A stretch of 63,511 nucleotides of DNA, filler included. It is 5 parts of 5 records of this genome, joined end to end, with 100 filler letters (N's around TTAATTAATTAA, not from the genome) between each part and the next. Parts side by side here need not be neighbours in the genome. Positions count along the whole stretch, not along the records: positions 43,066 to 51,983 come from DRR723986_54118; positions 52,084 to 58,394 come from DRR723986_54212; positions 58,495 to 63,511 come from DRR723986_59360; 2 more parts are not named here. One strand, written 5' to 3'. Of this stretch, positions 49,174 through 58,705 are shown in pieces. Position 1 is the first letter of the stretch, and every line of letters begins with the position of its first letter. The notes beneath the pieces were generated by a model. That model made no database searches. It was not told the origin of the DNA and worked only from the letters and a program-made list of their open reading frames with translations. The position numbers and the translations under genes are program-made.

Positions 49174-49773
49174 CTATTTCCGGGTTGAATCTTGCTGCTC
49201 TGGAGGCCGTACTCGATCCCCGCTACCTTTGCCGCGAATGGTTAGCCATATGTAATACAGGTACTTGCTCGGGGTGAGTGTCTCCAGCATCTGCTGGTCT
49301 AGCTCTGCAAGCCGCTCGGGTGTCGACATGTCTACACCTGTAATCTGGCCGAGGCCGGTTATCCCCGGGCGCGCGTTGAACACGCCCCGTTTGCGCCGGG
49401 CCTCTATCAACTGATGCTGGCTGGGCAGGCAGGGCCGTGGGCCTACCAGGCTCATCTCGCCTTTGAGCACGTTCCAGAGTTGGGGTAGTTCGTCCAGTTT
49501 CGTTTTGCGCAGAAAGTGTCCCCAGGGCGTGATGGAGGTTGCATCGGCCTCGTGGGTAGGCATGTCTGCAGTGTCCGGCCGCATCGTGCGAAACTTGGTC
49601 AGCATGAAAGGCTGTTCGCCCGCACCGACTCTCTGTTGGCGGAATAAGGGGGAGCGGGTGTCTATGTATCCCACTATGATGAATATGATCAATGCCGGGC
49701 ACGCAATCGCCAGGCCTGCCAGGGCGAGTAGGATGTCTGCAGCGCGGAGTATAGGGTTAGGGTGATTGACCAT
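49174..49773 (-). CDS. Sugar transferase (polyprenyl-phosphate glycosylphosphotransferase, PglC/WcaJ C-terminal family)
   Basis: KFRTM, LRKTKLDELPQLWNVLKGEMSLVGPRP and RPGITG motifs. Confidence 0.93.
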   Translation of the reverse strand: MVNHPNPILRAADILLALAGLAIACPALIIFIIVGYIDTRSPLFRQQRVGAGEQPFMLTKFRTMRPDTADMPTHEADATSITPWGHFLRKTKLDELPQLWNVLKGEMSLVGPRPCLPSQHQLIEARRKRGVFNARPGITGLGQITGVDMSTPERLAELDQQMLETLTPSKYLYYIWLTIRGKGSGDRVRPPEQQDSTRK

Positions 49774-50017
49774 TATGATGAGAGTCGAGCCAATGAAATG
49801 TGCTTCATGATAGCACGCATGTCATTGGCATGCGGCCCGGGACGGCTAGCCCCACCACTACATTCGTAGCTCTAGTATGGTATGCTTCTGCGCGTCTACA
49901 ACTCACCGAAAATAGCTCAGGGAGAGCGGGGCAGGGGTGTGTAAAATGCTTGCTCCAGTTTCGAATGGCATAAACTGCACGTCAATAAGAGCTTGATTTA
50001 CTTAGGGTGTCTAAACG

Positions 50018-51145
50018 TTGAACGTGCTGCATCTATACAGAACGTACTTTCCTGAATCTCAGGGCGGACTTGAAGAGGCGATTCGGCAGATTTGTCTTGC
50101 GTGCGGTCATCTCGGGGTTCGAAACAGGGTTTTGACTCTTGCTCGGGTGACTTCAACAGAGGTCCTGAAGAGGCCGGAAGCGACGGTTACCAGAGCCCCG
50201 CTTCAGTGGGAGCCGGCGTCGTGTTCGATGGGTGCCTCTTTATTTCGTTTATACAAGGAACATGCTGAGTGGGCGGACGTCATTCATATTCACTACCCGT
50301 GGCCGTTTGCAGACTTGGTACACGTACTTTCGGGGGTTAGGAAGCCGGTAGTGGTGACCTACCATTCTGACATCGTTCGACAGGGTTGGCTTGAGCGGTT
50401 GTATGCGCCGTTGCGGACGCTGTTTTTTCGTCAGGTCCGGAAGGTCGTGGCAACGTCGCCCAATTATTTGGATTCGAGTATCTTTCTGCAAGGAATCAAG
50501 GATAAGTGCACCGTGATTCCTTTGGGTCTGTGTCCAGAAAGTTATTCTCCGGCAACGTTAGAAGCGGAACAACGTGTTCATGAAACGTTTGGAGAGGACT
50601 ATTTCCTTTTCGTTGGGGTACTCCGCTACTACAAAGGCCTGGATACCTTAATTGATGCCGCGGCGCGATGTGGTTTGCCTGTTGTTATCGCGGGTAAGGG
50701 GCCTGAAGAGAGCGGCTTGCAGAAGATGGTTAAGCGCCGGGGACTGAGCAACGTTCATTTTGCAGGATTTGTGTCTGACGACGAAAAGGCTGCACTGTTT
50801 CGAAATTGCAGAGCCGTTGCTTTTCCGTCCTGTTTCAGATCAGAGGCTTTCGGGGTTACTCTGCTTGAAGGTCAACTGTTCGGAAAGCCCCTGATCAGTT
50901 GCGAAATTGGTACCGGAACAACCTTTGTAAATATCGATCAGGAAACCGGCGTTGTTGTACCTCCTCGAGACCCGGTGGCCTTGGCCATGGCGATGCGCTT
51001 ATTACATGAAAACGAGGATTTGGCCATTCGGATGGGCAAGAATGCCCGAAATCGTTTTAACGAAGTTTTTTCTGGAGCCAGTGTAGGTTGCTCCTACGTT
51101 CGGCTGTACCAAGAGGTATTGGAATCGGATCTTGCGAGCCTGTAA
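50018..51145 (+). CDS. Glycosyltransferase family 4 (WbpZ-like)
   Basis: HYPWP, TYHSDIVRQ, YYKGL and SEAFGVTLLE motifs. Confidence 0.9.
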   Translation: MNVLHLYRTYFPESQGGLEEAIRQICLACGHLGVRNRVLTLARVTSTEVLKRPEATVTRAPLQWEPASCSMGASLFRLYKEHAEWADVIHIHYPWPFADLVHVLSGVRKPVVVTYHSDIVRQGWLERLYAPLRTLFFRQVRKVVATSPNYLDSSIFLQGIKDKCTVIPLGLCPESYSPATLEAEQRVHETFGEDYFLFVGVLRYYKGLDTLIDAAARCGLPVVIAGKGPEESGLQKMVKRRGLSNVHFAGFVSDDEKAALFRNCRAVAFPSCFRSEAFGVTLLEGQLFGKPLISCEIGTGTTFVNIDQETGVVVPPRDPVALAMAMRLLHENEDLAIRMGKNARNRFNEVFSGASVGCSYVRLYQEVLESDLASL

Positions 51146-51171
51146 AGGCGGCGGACTAAATTGTTGGTTAG

Positions 51172-51983
<812 letters not shown>

Positions 51984-52083
51984 NNNNNNNNNNNNNNNNN
52001 NNNNNNNNNNNNNNNNNNNNNNNNNNNTTAATTAATTAANNNNNNNNNNNNNNNNNNNNNNNNNNNNNNNNNNNNNNNNNNNN
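51984..52083. other. Artificial contig linker
   Basis: N44-TTAATTAATTAA-N44. Confidence 0.98.
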
Positions 52084-52477
52084 CTTCATTGGAGACAAGT
52101 CTGAACGACAAATCATCCTCGAGTTTTTGCCTGTCCGCAAAGAGACAGATAAGCCGGCCAATGAGAAGGCACAGAACTTCTTCTCAAGGCTGCTCGACAT
52201 GAATTTTGCCAAGTAGATACCTCAGATTTAGAAATTTGTCCGCGATGATTTCATCGTTCTCGGCTGAGCCGACCTTCGTCTCCAGATCGGGATGCTGCTT
52301 CGCGGTCTATGGAAGCTGCCATTGACTTCCGATACGAAGGGTCCCTTAACTGCATTGGAAAGTCGCCGGGCTAAGCATGGCATCTCAACTGGAACACAAT
52401 ACCGCTCCCGGCAGCGCGATGTCTGCCTTCCCGTGATCTGTATTTGAACCTTTAAGAAAACGGCAAAAGTGATCTCG

Positions 52478-53710
52478 ATGAACAAAGAAGAAGCTCCTGT
52501 CGAATTACAGGGTCGTTCTGCATTTCTAGCTGGAACCCACGATTTCCAGACAGATATCGAATTGCTGGCTGGCAGCGAGTTCGTCAAGACAATTCTTGAG
52601 ACAGTGATGCTCGCGACAAACATGCGATTTGCCGGGGTAGCCCGTGTGACGGCCGACAGATGGGTCGCTTGCCGCACAATCGACGAGGTCAATTTCGGCC
52701 TCTCTGAAGGCGACGAGATCGCGATAGAGTCTACATTCTGCCGGACAGTGCGGGAAACGTCCGAGATGGTCATTTTCAGCGACGCCGCGAGTGACCCAGA
52801 GTATCAAGGCCATCCCATTGCCACGGCCTTTGGCATCGTCAGTTATGCTTCGGTGCCGATCTATCGAAGTGACGGCAGCTTTTTCGGGACCCTCTGCGCG
52901 ATCGACACCGAACCAAAAGACGTCAAGAGTCCTCGCGCCGTGGCGATGCTGAAAATGTTTGCAGACCTCATCGGACGCAACCTGGAAACCGAGGAGCGAT
53001 TGGAAGCACAGGAGCAACTGATCCAACACGAACGCAAGCTGGTCCAGATACAGGATGAGTTTATAGCGATCCTCGGTCATGACTTGCGAAACCCGGTTGC
53101 CGCCTTCGGTGCGGGCGTCCGACAACTGGACAAAGAACCGGTGACGAGCCGTGGGCGCGAATTGCTCGTCCTAATGCGTGCCTCACTTCACCGCATGACG
53201 GAGTTGATTGACAACATGATGTTGCACGCGAAATCTCGACTTGGCGGCGGTATAGCAGTCAGCGTCGTACCGGATGCGCCTCTCTCGGAGATGCTGCAAC
53301 AGGTGGTAGACGAGATCCGTGTCACCGTCCCGGAAAAGGAAATCCTACTGAATGTCGATCTTGCGTATCCGGTCAGCTGCGATCCGGATCGGATCGGGCA
53401 AGCGGTATCGAATCTCTTATCCAATGCGATCACGCACGGAGCCTCTGGCTCGCCAGTTCAGGTTACAGTCAGGAGCCACGACAAAGTGGCCGTTATAGAA
53501 GTGGAAAACGAGGGAGAGCCGATCCCGCCCGAGGTTCAGAAAACTCTGTTTCACCCGTTTCATCGCGGGAGCGGGACAAGTGAGGGTCTCGGGCTCGGCC
53601 TGCACATTGCATCATCGATAGCAAAGGCACATAGCGGGCGACTATCAGTCGCAAGCGAGGGCAGCACAACCTGTTTCCGGCTTGAATTGCCGAAACTCGA
53701 ATTTTCGTAG
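52478..53710 (+). CDS. GAF-domain sensor histidine kinase
   Basis: GAF (SYASVPI..GTLCAID), H-box GHDLRNP, NLLSNA and GLGLGL; no TM segment. Confidence 0.92.
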   Translation: MNKEEAPVELQGRSAFLAGTHDFQTDIELLAGSEFVKTILETVMLATNMRFAGVARVTADRWVACRTIDEVNFGLSEGDEIAIESTFCRTVRETSEMVIFSDAASDPEYQGHPIATAFGIVSYASVPIYRSDGSFFGTLCAIDTEPKDVKSPRAVAMLKMFADLIGRNLETEERLEAQEQLIQHERKLVQIQDEFIAILGHDLRNPVAAFGAGVRQLDKEPVTSRGRELLVLMRASLHRMTELIDNMMLHAKSRLGGGIAVSVVPDAPLSEMLQQVVDEIRVTVPEKEILLNVDLAYPVSCDPDRIGQAVSNLLSNAITHGASGSPVQVTVRSHDKVAVIEVENEGEPIPPEVQKTLFHPFHRGSGTSEGLGLGLHIASSIAKAHSGRLSVASEGSTTCFRLELPKLEFS

Positions 53711-53848
53711 CTCTAGACGCGCTTTGGTACCGGTCAAACCCATTAGATCACTCTGCCGGACCGCGGTTTCCCGCCTTCCGTGTTCAAGTACACATACGTC
53801 CCTTAGCGGAGATATGCATCTCTTGTTGTGAAAGTTCGCTTTGGTCTT

Positions 53849-54125
53849 ATACTTTTGAAAAACTCGGCCCGGTAGTCGCGTTGATTGCCTCTTGAAGTAC
53901 CGCGCGCGTCGCCCTTTCTCGCGTCAGCTGGCGATCTGCCGCGGTGGCAGGAGTTTTGCCAGCTTTCGGAGGTTCTGGGCGGGGGCTGCGACGTGGAATT
54001 CGTCACGCGCTCCGCATGGTCCGCGCAATCGGAGACGATTGAATCCCTGGATCCGCTTCAGATGCGCGAACAGCATCTCCACCTTCTTTCGAAGCTTGCA
54101 GGAGATGGCGCGTTCCGTTCTGGCA
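53849..54125 (-). mobile_element. IS1182-like insertion sequence remnant (transposase C-terminus and right end)
   Basis: RKKVEMLFAHLKRIQGFNRLRLRGPCGARDEFHVAAPAQNLRKLAK; terminal-repeat-like ATACTTTTGAAAAACTC at 53849-53865. Confidence 0.8.
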
Positions 54126-54295
54126 GCCTGACAACATCTGACGCCAAAATCGCAAATTCTGATCATCAAGTCGAACGGAAGTATCGTTTGCATTACGACC
54201 GTTAACGCAAAGTTTAGAGAACTACTGCAGAGCAGTCCTTAAAAGGGTGTTTTGGTGCGATCGTATCTTTGGCAACAGATCAAAACCGATCCGTC

Positions 54296-56293
54296 TCAGC
54301 CATGAATTCGAACGATTTCCTCATCCAGAACCATTCCAGCAGGTGACTTGTTCGATTGAGCGCCCACAAACTGCAGAATATCTCCCGCGGGCATCGGCTG
54401 GCCGAGAAGATAGCCTTGACCAACAGTGCAGCCCATTTGTTTTAGCAGATCTATCTGCTCGAGGGTCTCCAGACCCTCAGCTACAACTTGCGCATCAATC
54501 AAACTTGCGAGACCTCTTACTGTGCGAATAATTCCACGGTTTACCGGATCTGTAAGGGCTGACTTCACGAATGTTCGATCAATTTTCAGTTCGTCCCATC
54601 TAAATTTTGTAAGGTAAGAAAGAGCAGAGAACCCCGTTCCAAAATCGTCCAGACATATTGCGATCCCCAGGCTCCTGAGTGAAGCGAGCGTTGTCAGGAT
54701 TCTGTCCAGGTCTGTCATCATGACAGATTCAGTAACCTCCAGTTTCAGGCGTTCTGGAGGAAACTTCGTTCGTTCAAGCGATCTTCGCAGGTGCTCGATG
54801 ACATCGTCCTGAAGTAACTCGACTACAGAAATATTAACTGACAGGCTCGTTCCGTCCGGAAACTTCAGGGCGTCGAGACATGCGGTTTCGAAAATGGCGC
54901 GTCCAATGGAAACGATATCGCCGCTACCCTCCGCGATCGGGATAAACTCATCAGGTGGCACGAAGCCAAGTTTGGGATGTGACCACCTGGCAAGAGCTTC
55001 AAAACCCACGACTGTACCGCTCGCAAGATCGAATTGCGGTTGATAGAATGGAACGAACTCTCCGCGCAGTACCGCCTTTTTCAGCTCAGCTTCGAGCTCT
55101 ATTCGGCGATGCAGGTTGTTTCGCAAACTCTTGTCAAACTCCAGTGCGTGACCTTTCCCCCGCGACTTGGCAAAGGTCAACGCCAGATCGGCATCCATTA
55201 GAATTTCAGGCTCGAATGTGCCGTTTTGCAGAGCGACGCCGGCCGACAGGTCGACAATTATGTTCCCGTAACTGGTCTCAATGGGCTGCTTGAAACATTT
55301 CACAAGCTCATGGCCAAGTGAAATGGCATGGTCATTGTCCACATCGATGTGCGCGATGACGATAAACTCATCTCCGCCCACCCGAAAAACCATGTTGCTG
55401 GAATGCCAAGCCGATACGATTGCCTCCAACTTCCGTGCTGTCGCAACCAAAAGAGCATCGCCTGCGTTATGCCCCATCACGTCGTTGACAGTTTTGAAGC
55501 CGTCGAGATCGATCGCGATCACGGCAACACGATCATTCCGAGGCTGATATCGGCATAAGAACGAAAGGCGTTCATCGAGGGCAAGGCGGTTGCGAAGGCC
55601 AGTCAAGGTGTCGTGCTTGGCAAGATGAGCCATGCGTTCGGCATTAGTCGAAATATTTTCATTTGCACGCCGCAAACGCCAATTCTGGCGAGCGGTCAAG
55701 GCCAACAGGCCGATGCCGCTAGCAACGAGGGCAAACATCAACCAGTTCTGTTGCCGTTGCTTTTCTTTGAGCTCGGCGCGAACGGATGCCGCTTTGGCTA
55801 TCGCAAAGGTTTGGGATTCTCCCCCGAGCCTTTCAAAGGTCGATGAGGTTTCGGACAGGACCGACAGAATACGCTCCTGAGACGCAGGGTTTTCAATAGT
55901 TTCAAAATCTGGCGCAAGGTTGACAACTTTTTCGCACGCAAGTTCGAACCTAGCCCGCCTTGCTGGCGATTGGTCCAAAAACACCTTGTAGCCACCAGAA
56001 TTCCAGGTATCGAGGCGGCTCAAAAAAATCTGATAAAAGAGCCTGGCTTTTTCAGCATCTTCCGCTGTATCCAGAGCCGCATAGCGCGCGACATATTTTT
56101 CGAGACTTGCAGCTTCAATGCGCCCGTTTGCACCTGTCCAGCTTACATCGTAGCTCATCGATCTCATAGCTGCATCTTCGGACGCACCAGAGACTTGGCG
56201 GTGGACCAGAGCCAATAGCGCGAAGCAACACAGCGCGAATATGGCAAAGATCGTAAATCCATTGGGACGACGCATTTGGGGCCTTAGACTCAT
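54296..56293 (-). CDS. Membrane-bound GGDEF-EAL diguanylate cyclase/phosphodiesterase (DcpA-like)
   Basis: Two TM helices around a periplasmic domain; HDTLTGL, GGDEF, EAL and DDFGTG all intact. Confidence 0.92.
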   Translation of the reverse strand: MSLRPQMRRPNGFTIFAIFALCCFALLALVHRQVSGASEDAAMRSMSYDVSWTGANGRIEAASLEKYVARYAALDTAEDAEKARLFYQIFLSRLDTWNSGGYKVFLDQSPARRARFELACEKVVNLAPDFETIENPASQERILSVLSETSSTFERLGGESQTFAIAKAASVRAELKEKQRQQNWLMFALVASGIGLLALTARQNWRLRRANENISTNAERMAHLAKHDTLTGLRNRLALDERLSFLCRYQPRNDRVAVIAIDLDGFKTVNDVMGHNAGDALLVATARKLEAIVSAWHSSNMVFRVGGDEFIVIAHIDVDNDHAISLGHELVKCFKQPIETSYGNIIVDLSAGVALQNGTFEPEILMDADLALTFAKSRGKGHALEFDKSLRNNLHRRIELEAELKKAVLRGEFVPFYQPQFDLASGTVVGFEALARWSHPKLGFVPPDEFIPIAEGSGDIVSIGRAIFETACLDALKFPDGTSLSVNISVVELLQDDVIEHLRRSLERTKFPPERLKLEVTESVMMTDLDRILTTLASLRSLGIAICLDDFGTGFSALSYLTKFRWDELKIDRTFVKSALTDPVNRGIIRTVRGLASLIDAQVVAEGLETLEQIDLLKQMGCTVGQGYLLGQPMPAGDILQFVGAQSNKSPAGMVLDEEIVRIHG

Positions 56294-56296
56294 CTG

Positions 56297-56785
56297 TTAT
56301 TCGACGGTGATGGTCCGAACCTGCCAGGCAGCTCGAGAATAATAGATCTCACTTTTCAGCTCTTTATCACTGTCGAAGGGATAGATTATAAAGAGCGGTC
56401 CCTTGTCGCTGACAGGCATATACTTCCCATCTTTTTTGGTTGCCAGGATGACACCGTATTTCTCGAAATCGGAGACAGGTATTTCGGTGTGGTAGTTGTT
56501 CAATGCGATCACGCTGATTTTGGAGCCGGTTGCCGCAACCTTCTTGAGCAGGTCTGCCATTGGTGCGCCGGAAAAGGTTACCGCTCCGTCGTGCCAGGGA
56601 GTGGTTGTTGTGATTTCCGCAACACCAATCTCTTCAATCTCATTCATCGTCAGGTCTATCGACCCATTTGCGGCGATTTTCCCCTCAATCGTTAGGACCG
56701 GCGAACTTGCCTCCTGCGCACGACTTCCAGTCAAAGCAACGGAGGTTGCGAACATTGCCAATGCGACTATTTTCAGTTTTCGCAT
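56297..56785 (-). CDS. Periplasmic small sulfite-oxidase-fold pterin-binding protein (PruR-like)
   Basis: Sec signal; TTTPW, ALNNY, KGPL..YP and WQV motifs; no cysteine; 3 nt upstream of the GGDEF-EAL gene. Confidence 0.8.
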   Translation of the reverse strand: MRKLKIVALAMFATSVALTGSRAQEASSPVLTIEGKIAANGSIDLTMNEIEEIGVAEITTTTPWHDGAVTFSGAPMADLLKKVAATGSKISVIALNNYHTEIPVSDFEKYGVILATKKDGKYMPVSDKGPLFIIYPFDSDKELKSEIYYSRAAWQVRTITVE

Positions 56786-57299
56786 AAGGTTTCCCTGTTA
56801 TATTCTCAAATAACATCACGTCCCTCAAACATAAACATCAATCAAATTAATATTCTCTCACCTTGTCTTAACAAATATAGCCTATATGAAGTTATCCAGA
56901 ATTTGTTAATGGTAAATTTTGCAAGTTTAACAAACGAACACTTGATGGTATGCCAAATAAATACAACCAGAAACTCGGCGCGGTGGTCGAGCGTTGATCG
57001 TTACTGCCCGCACTAGTTGCTGTTCATTTATTGGCATTTGTTACAATTTTAGGACGCGCACCCATGTCACAGCGTTAGGAACCTCAACGGTTTTTGGCCA
57101 ACGTTTCGGCAACTTTCGAGAAATGTCCATCGCACAACGAGGTAGAAGAAGTCTCTTCGAACTGGACAGTGACCGGTGTCAACGTGTTCTTGTACACCGC
57201 GGTGGAGAAGGCAGGTATCGACTAGATATCCGCATCTACTAGAGCTGTTGGCAATTTCAGGCTGGTTTTGGAAATGGCAATCGATTGAACTGGGGATGC

Positions 57300-58394
57300 T
57301 TACCAGACGTCGTCCGACTCCTCGTGCTCAAAAGCTGACACCATCTCCTTGATCTCTCGCGCTGGGGCTCCCAAATCGTGCGCGACTTCTTTCCAAGTCT
57401 TTGTGGCCTCACCTACTTCAGCAATTATGCGATCGGCACTTTCGGCCTCAAGGAGGTAATTCTCGTACTGAGATCGATGCAATTCGATGCTGGCATCTGA
57501 ATTGTCGTCAGTGATGTAGCTCTTGAGCACGCGCGGTTGGTTTGGGACGGGGTTGATGTCGTACGCCGGCGACAGGTACCAGCCCCCCCTGCCGCGAAGA
57601 AACCCATGATTGCCCATATGGTCGTCGAGGTTCGTCACGAGGATGGAAAAGGCAACCCGCCTATATAGCTCTTCGCGATCTCTTTCCGGTGTTACACTTT
57701 CCGAGGTTATCAAGTCCGCCAAGTCTAGGTAGCTGTAGCTTTCCCCGTCTCGTCCATTAATCATGGCCATCGCTGAGATGAACGGGATCCTGCCCTCTTC
57801 GTTCCGATCAAACCTGTGAGACAAAAAGACGGGTATGTCGCCTGCCATTTCAAGGGTGTGATCAGCAACTGTTATTCCGGCTCGCCGAGCCAATTCCAGT
57901 GTTATAGCTTCCCAACGCTCGACGCAGTGGTTGTCGGTCTCCTTCGGAAATTTTGCTACAGAGAGGCGCCCATGCTGATCGAGAATACTGGCTTTGGGCC
58001 GAGCTCCGCCGAGAGAACTTCCTGGAGCAAAGAGCATTTTGAGGTCTTCCACGGTCTCCTCCCCACGAAGCACGCGTTGAGATGCTTGCAATAGATCTCC
58101 GAGACTGAGCAGTACAGGCACGCCAATCCCCTCGCGCGCTTGAAACTCGCCATCAACTTTGTATCGCAGTGCGCCTAAACGGGTCTCGTCGTTTACTCCC
58201 AACAAATAGTCGGCCTCTTGCAGCGTCCTCGAGCGCCGCTCTTCAGCCTCTGCAATCCTTCCCTCGTAGCGCCGCATGACAGTTCGGCCCCATGCATCTG
58301 GGGAGGAGTCCCCGAGTGGGGCTAGCATGTCTTGTCCCACTCCTGGCACGAACTGCCCAGGCCCTAGGGGAATGTCTGGTGAAAGGCCAAAGGC
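57300..58394 (-). CDS. HipA family kinase toxin, 5'-truncated
   Basis: DSSPDAWGR, GSSLGGARPKA, AKFP, NLDDHMGNHGF and LSPAYDINP motifs; frame is open to the contig edge. Confidence 0.92.
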   Translation of the reverse strand, partial: AFGLSPDIPLGPGQFVPGVGQDMLAPLGDSSPDAWGRTVMRRYEGRIAEAEERRSRTLQEADYLLGVNDETRLGALRYKVDGEFQAREGIGVPVLLSLGDLLQASQRVLRGEETVEDLKMLFAPGSSLGGARPKASILDQHGRLSVAKFPKETDNHCVERWEAITLELARRAGITVADHTLEMAGDIPVFLSHRFDRNEEGRIPFISAMAMINGRDGESYSYLDLADLITSESVTPERDREELYRRVAFSILVTNLDDHMGNHGFLRGRGGWYLSPAYDINPVPNQPRVLKSYITDDNSDASIELHRSQYENYLLEAESADRIIAEVGEATKTWKEVAHDLGAPAREIKEMVSAFEHEESDDVW

Positions 58395-58494
58395 NNNNNN
58401 NNNNNNNNNNNNNNNNNNNNNNNNNNNNNNNNNNNNNNTTAATTAATTAANNNNNNNNNNNNNNNNNNNNNNNNNNNNNNNNNNNNNNNNNNNN
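58395..58494. other. Artificial contig linker
   Basis: N44-TTAATTAATTAA-N44. Confidence 0.98.
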
Positions 58495-58536
58495 CGTGTC
58501 CGCTTGCCCGTGTCCGCTTGCCCGCGACCGCTTGCC
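58495..58536. repeat. 14-bp tandem repeat, three copies
   Basis: CGTGTCCGCTTGCC twice, then CGCGACCGCTTGCC, at the contig start. Confidence 0.85.
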
Positions 58537-58705
58537 CACCCGGAGACTGGAAACGTGAGTGTCGCCATGACGTACTTGCTGCTCTCTTTGCCCATCTGCG
58601 TGGCAGCAGCCGGTCAAGTACAATGGTGCGACAATCAGCACTAACCAAGATTCCTGCTCGAAATTCTCGCTCATCTGACCCGCCCCGCTCCATAGGCAGT
58701 ATTCA

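Noticed and set aside
49895-49945. Possible JUMPstart/ops element before the GT4-gmd operon
   Set aside because: No GGCGGTAG core; the resemblance is too weak.
52085-52216. Open frame at the contig start (FIGDKSERQII...MNFAK*)
   Set aside because: It may be a real C-terminus but is too short to assign.
56994-57290. 82-aa ORF or resolvase-site-like sequence between the pruR-like gene and hipA
   Set aside because: No recognisable motif, no RBS and no resolvase gene on the contig.
58495-58536. CRISPR array
   Set aside because: The units are 14 bp with no spacers. No repeat-spacer array or cas gene was seen anywhere in the window.
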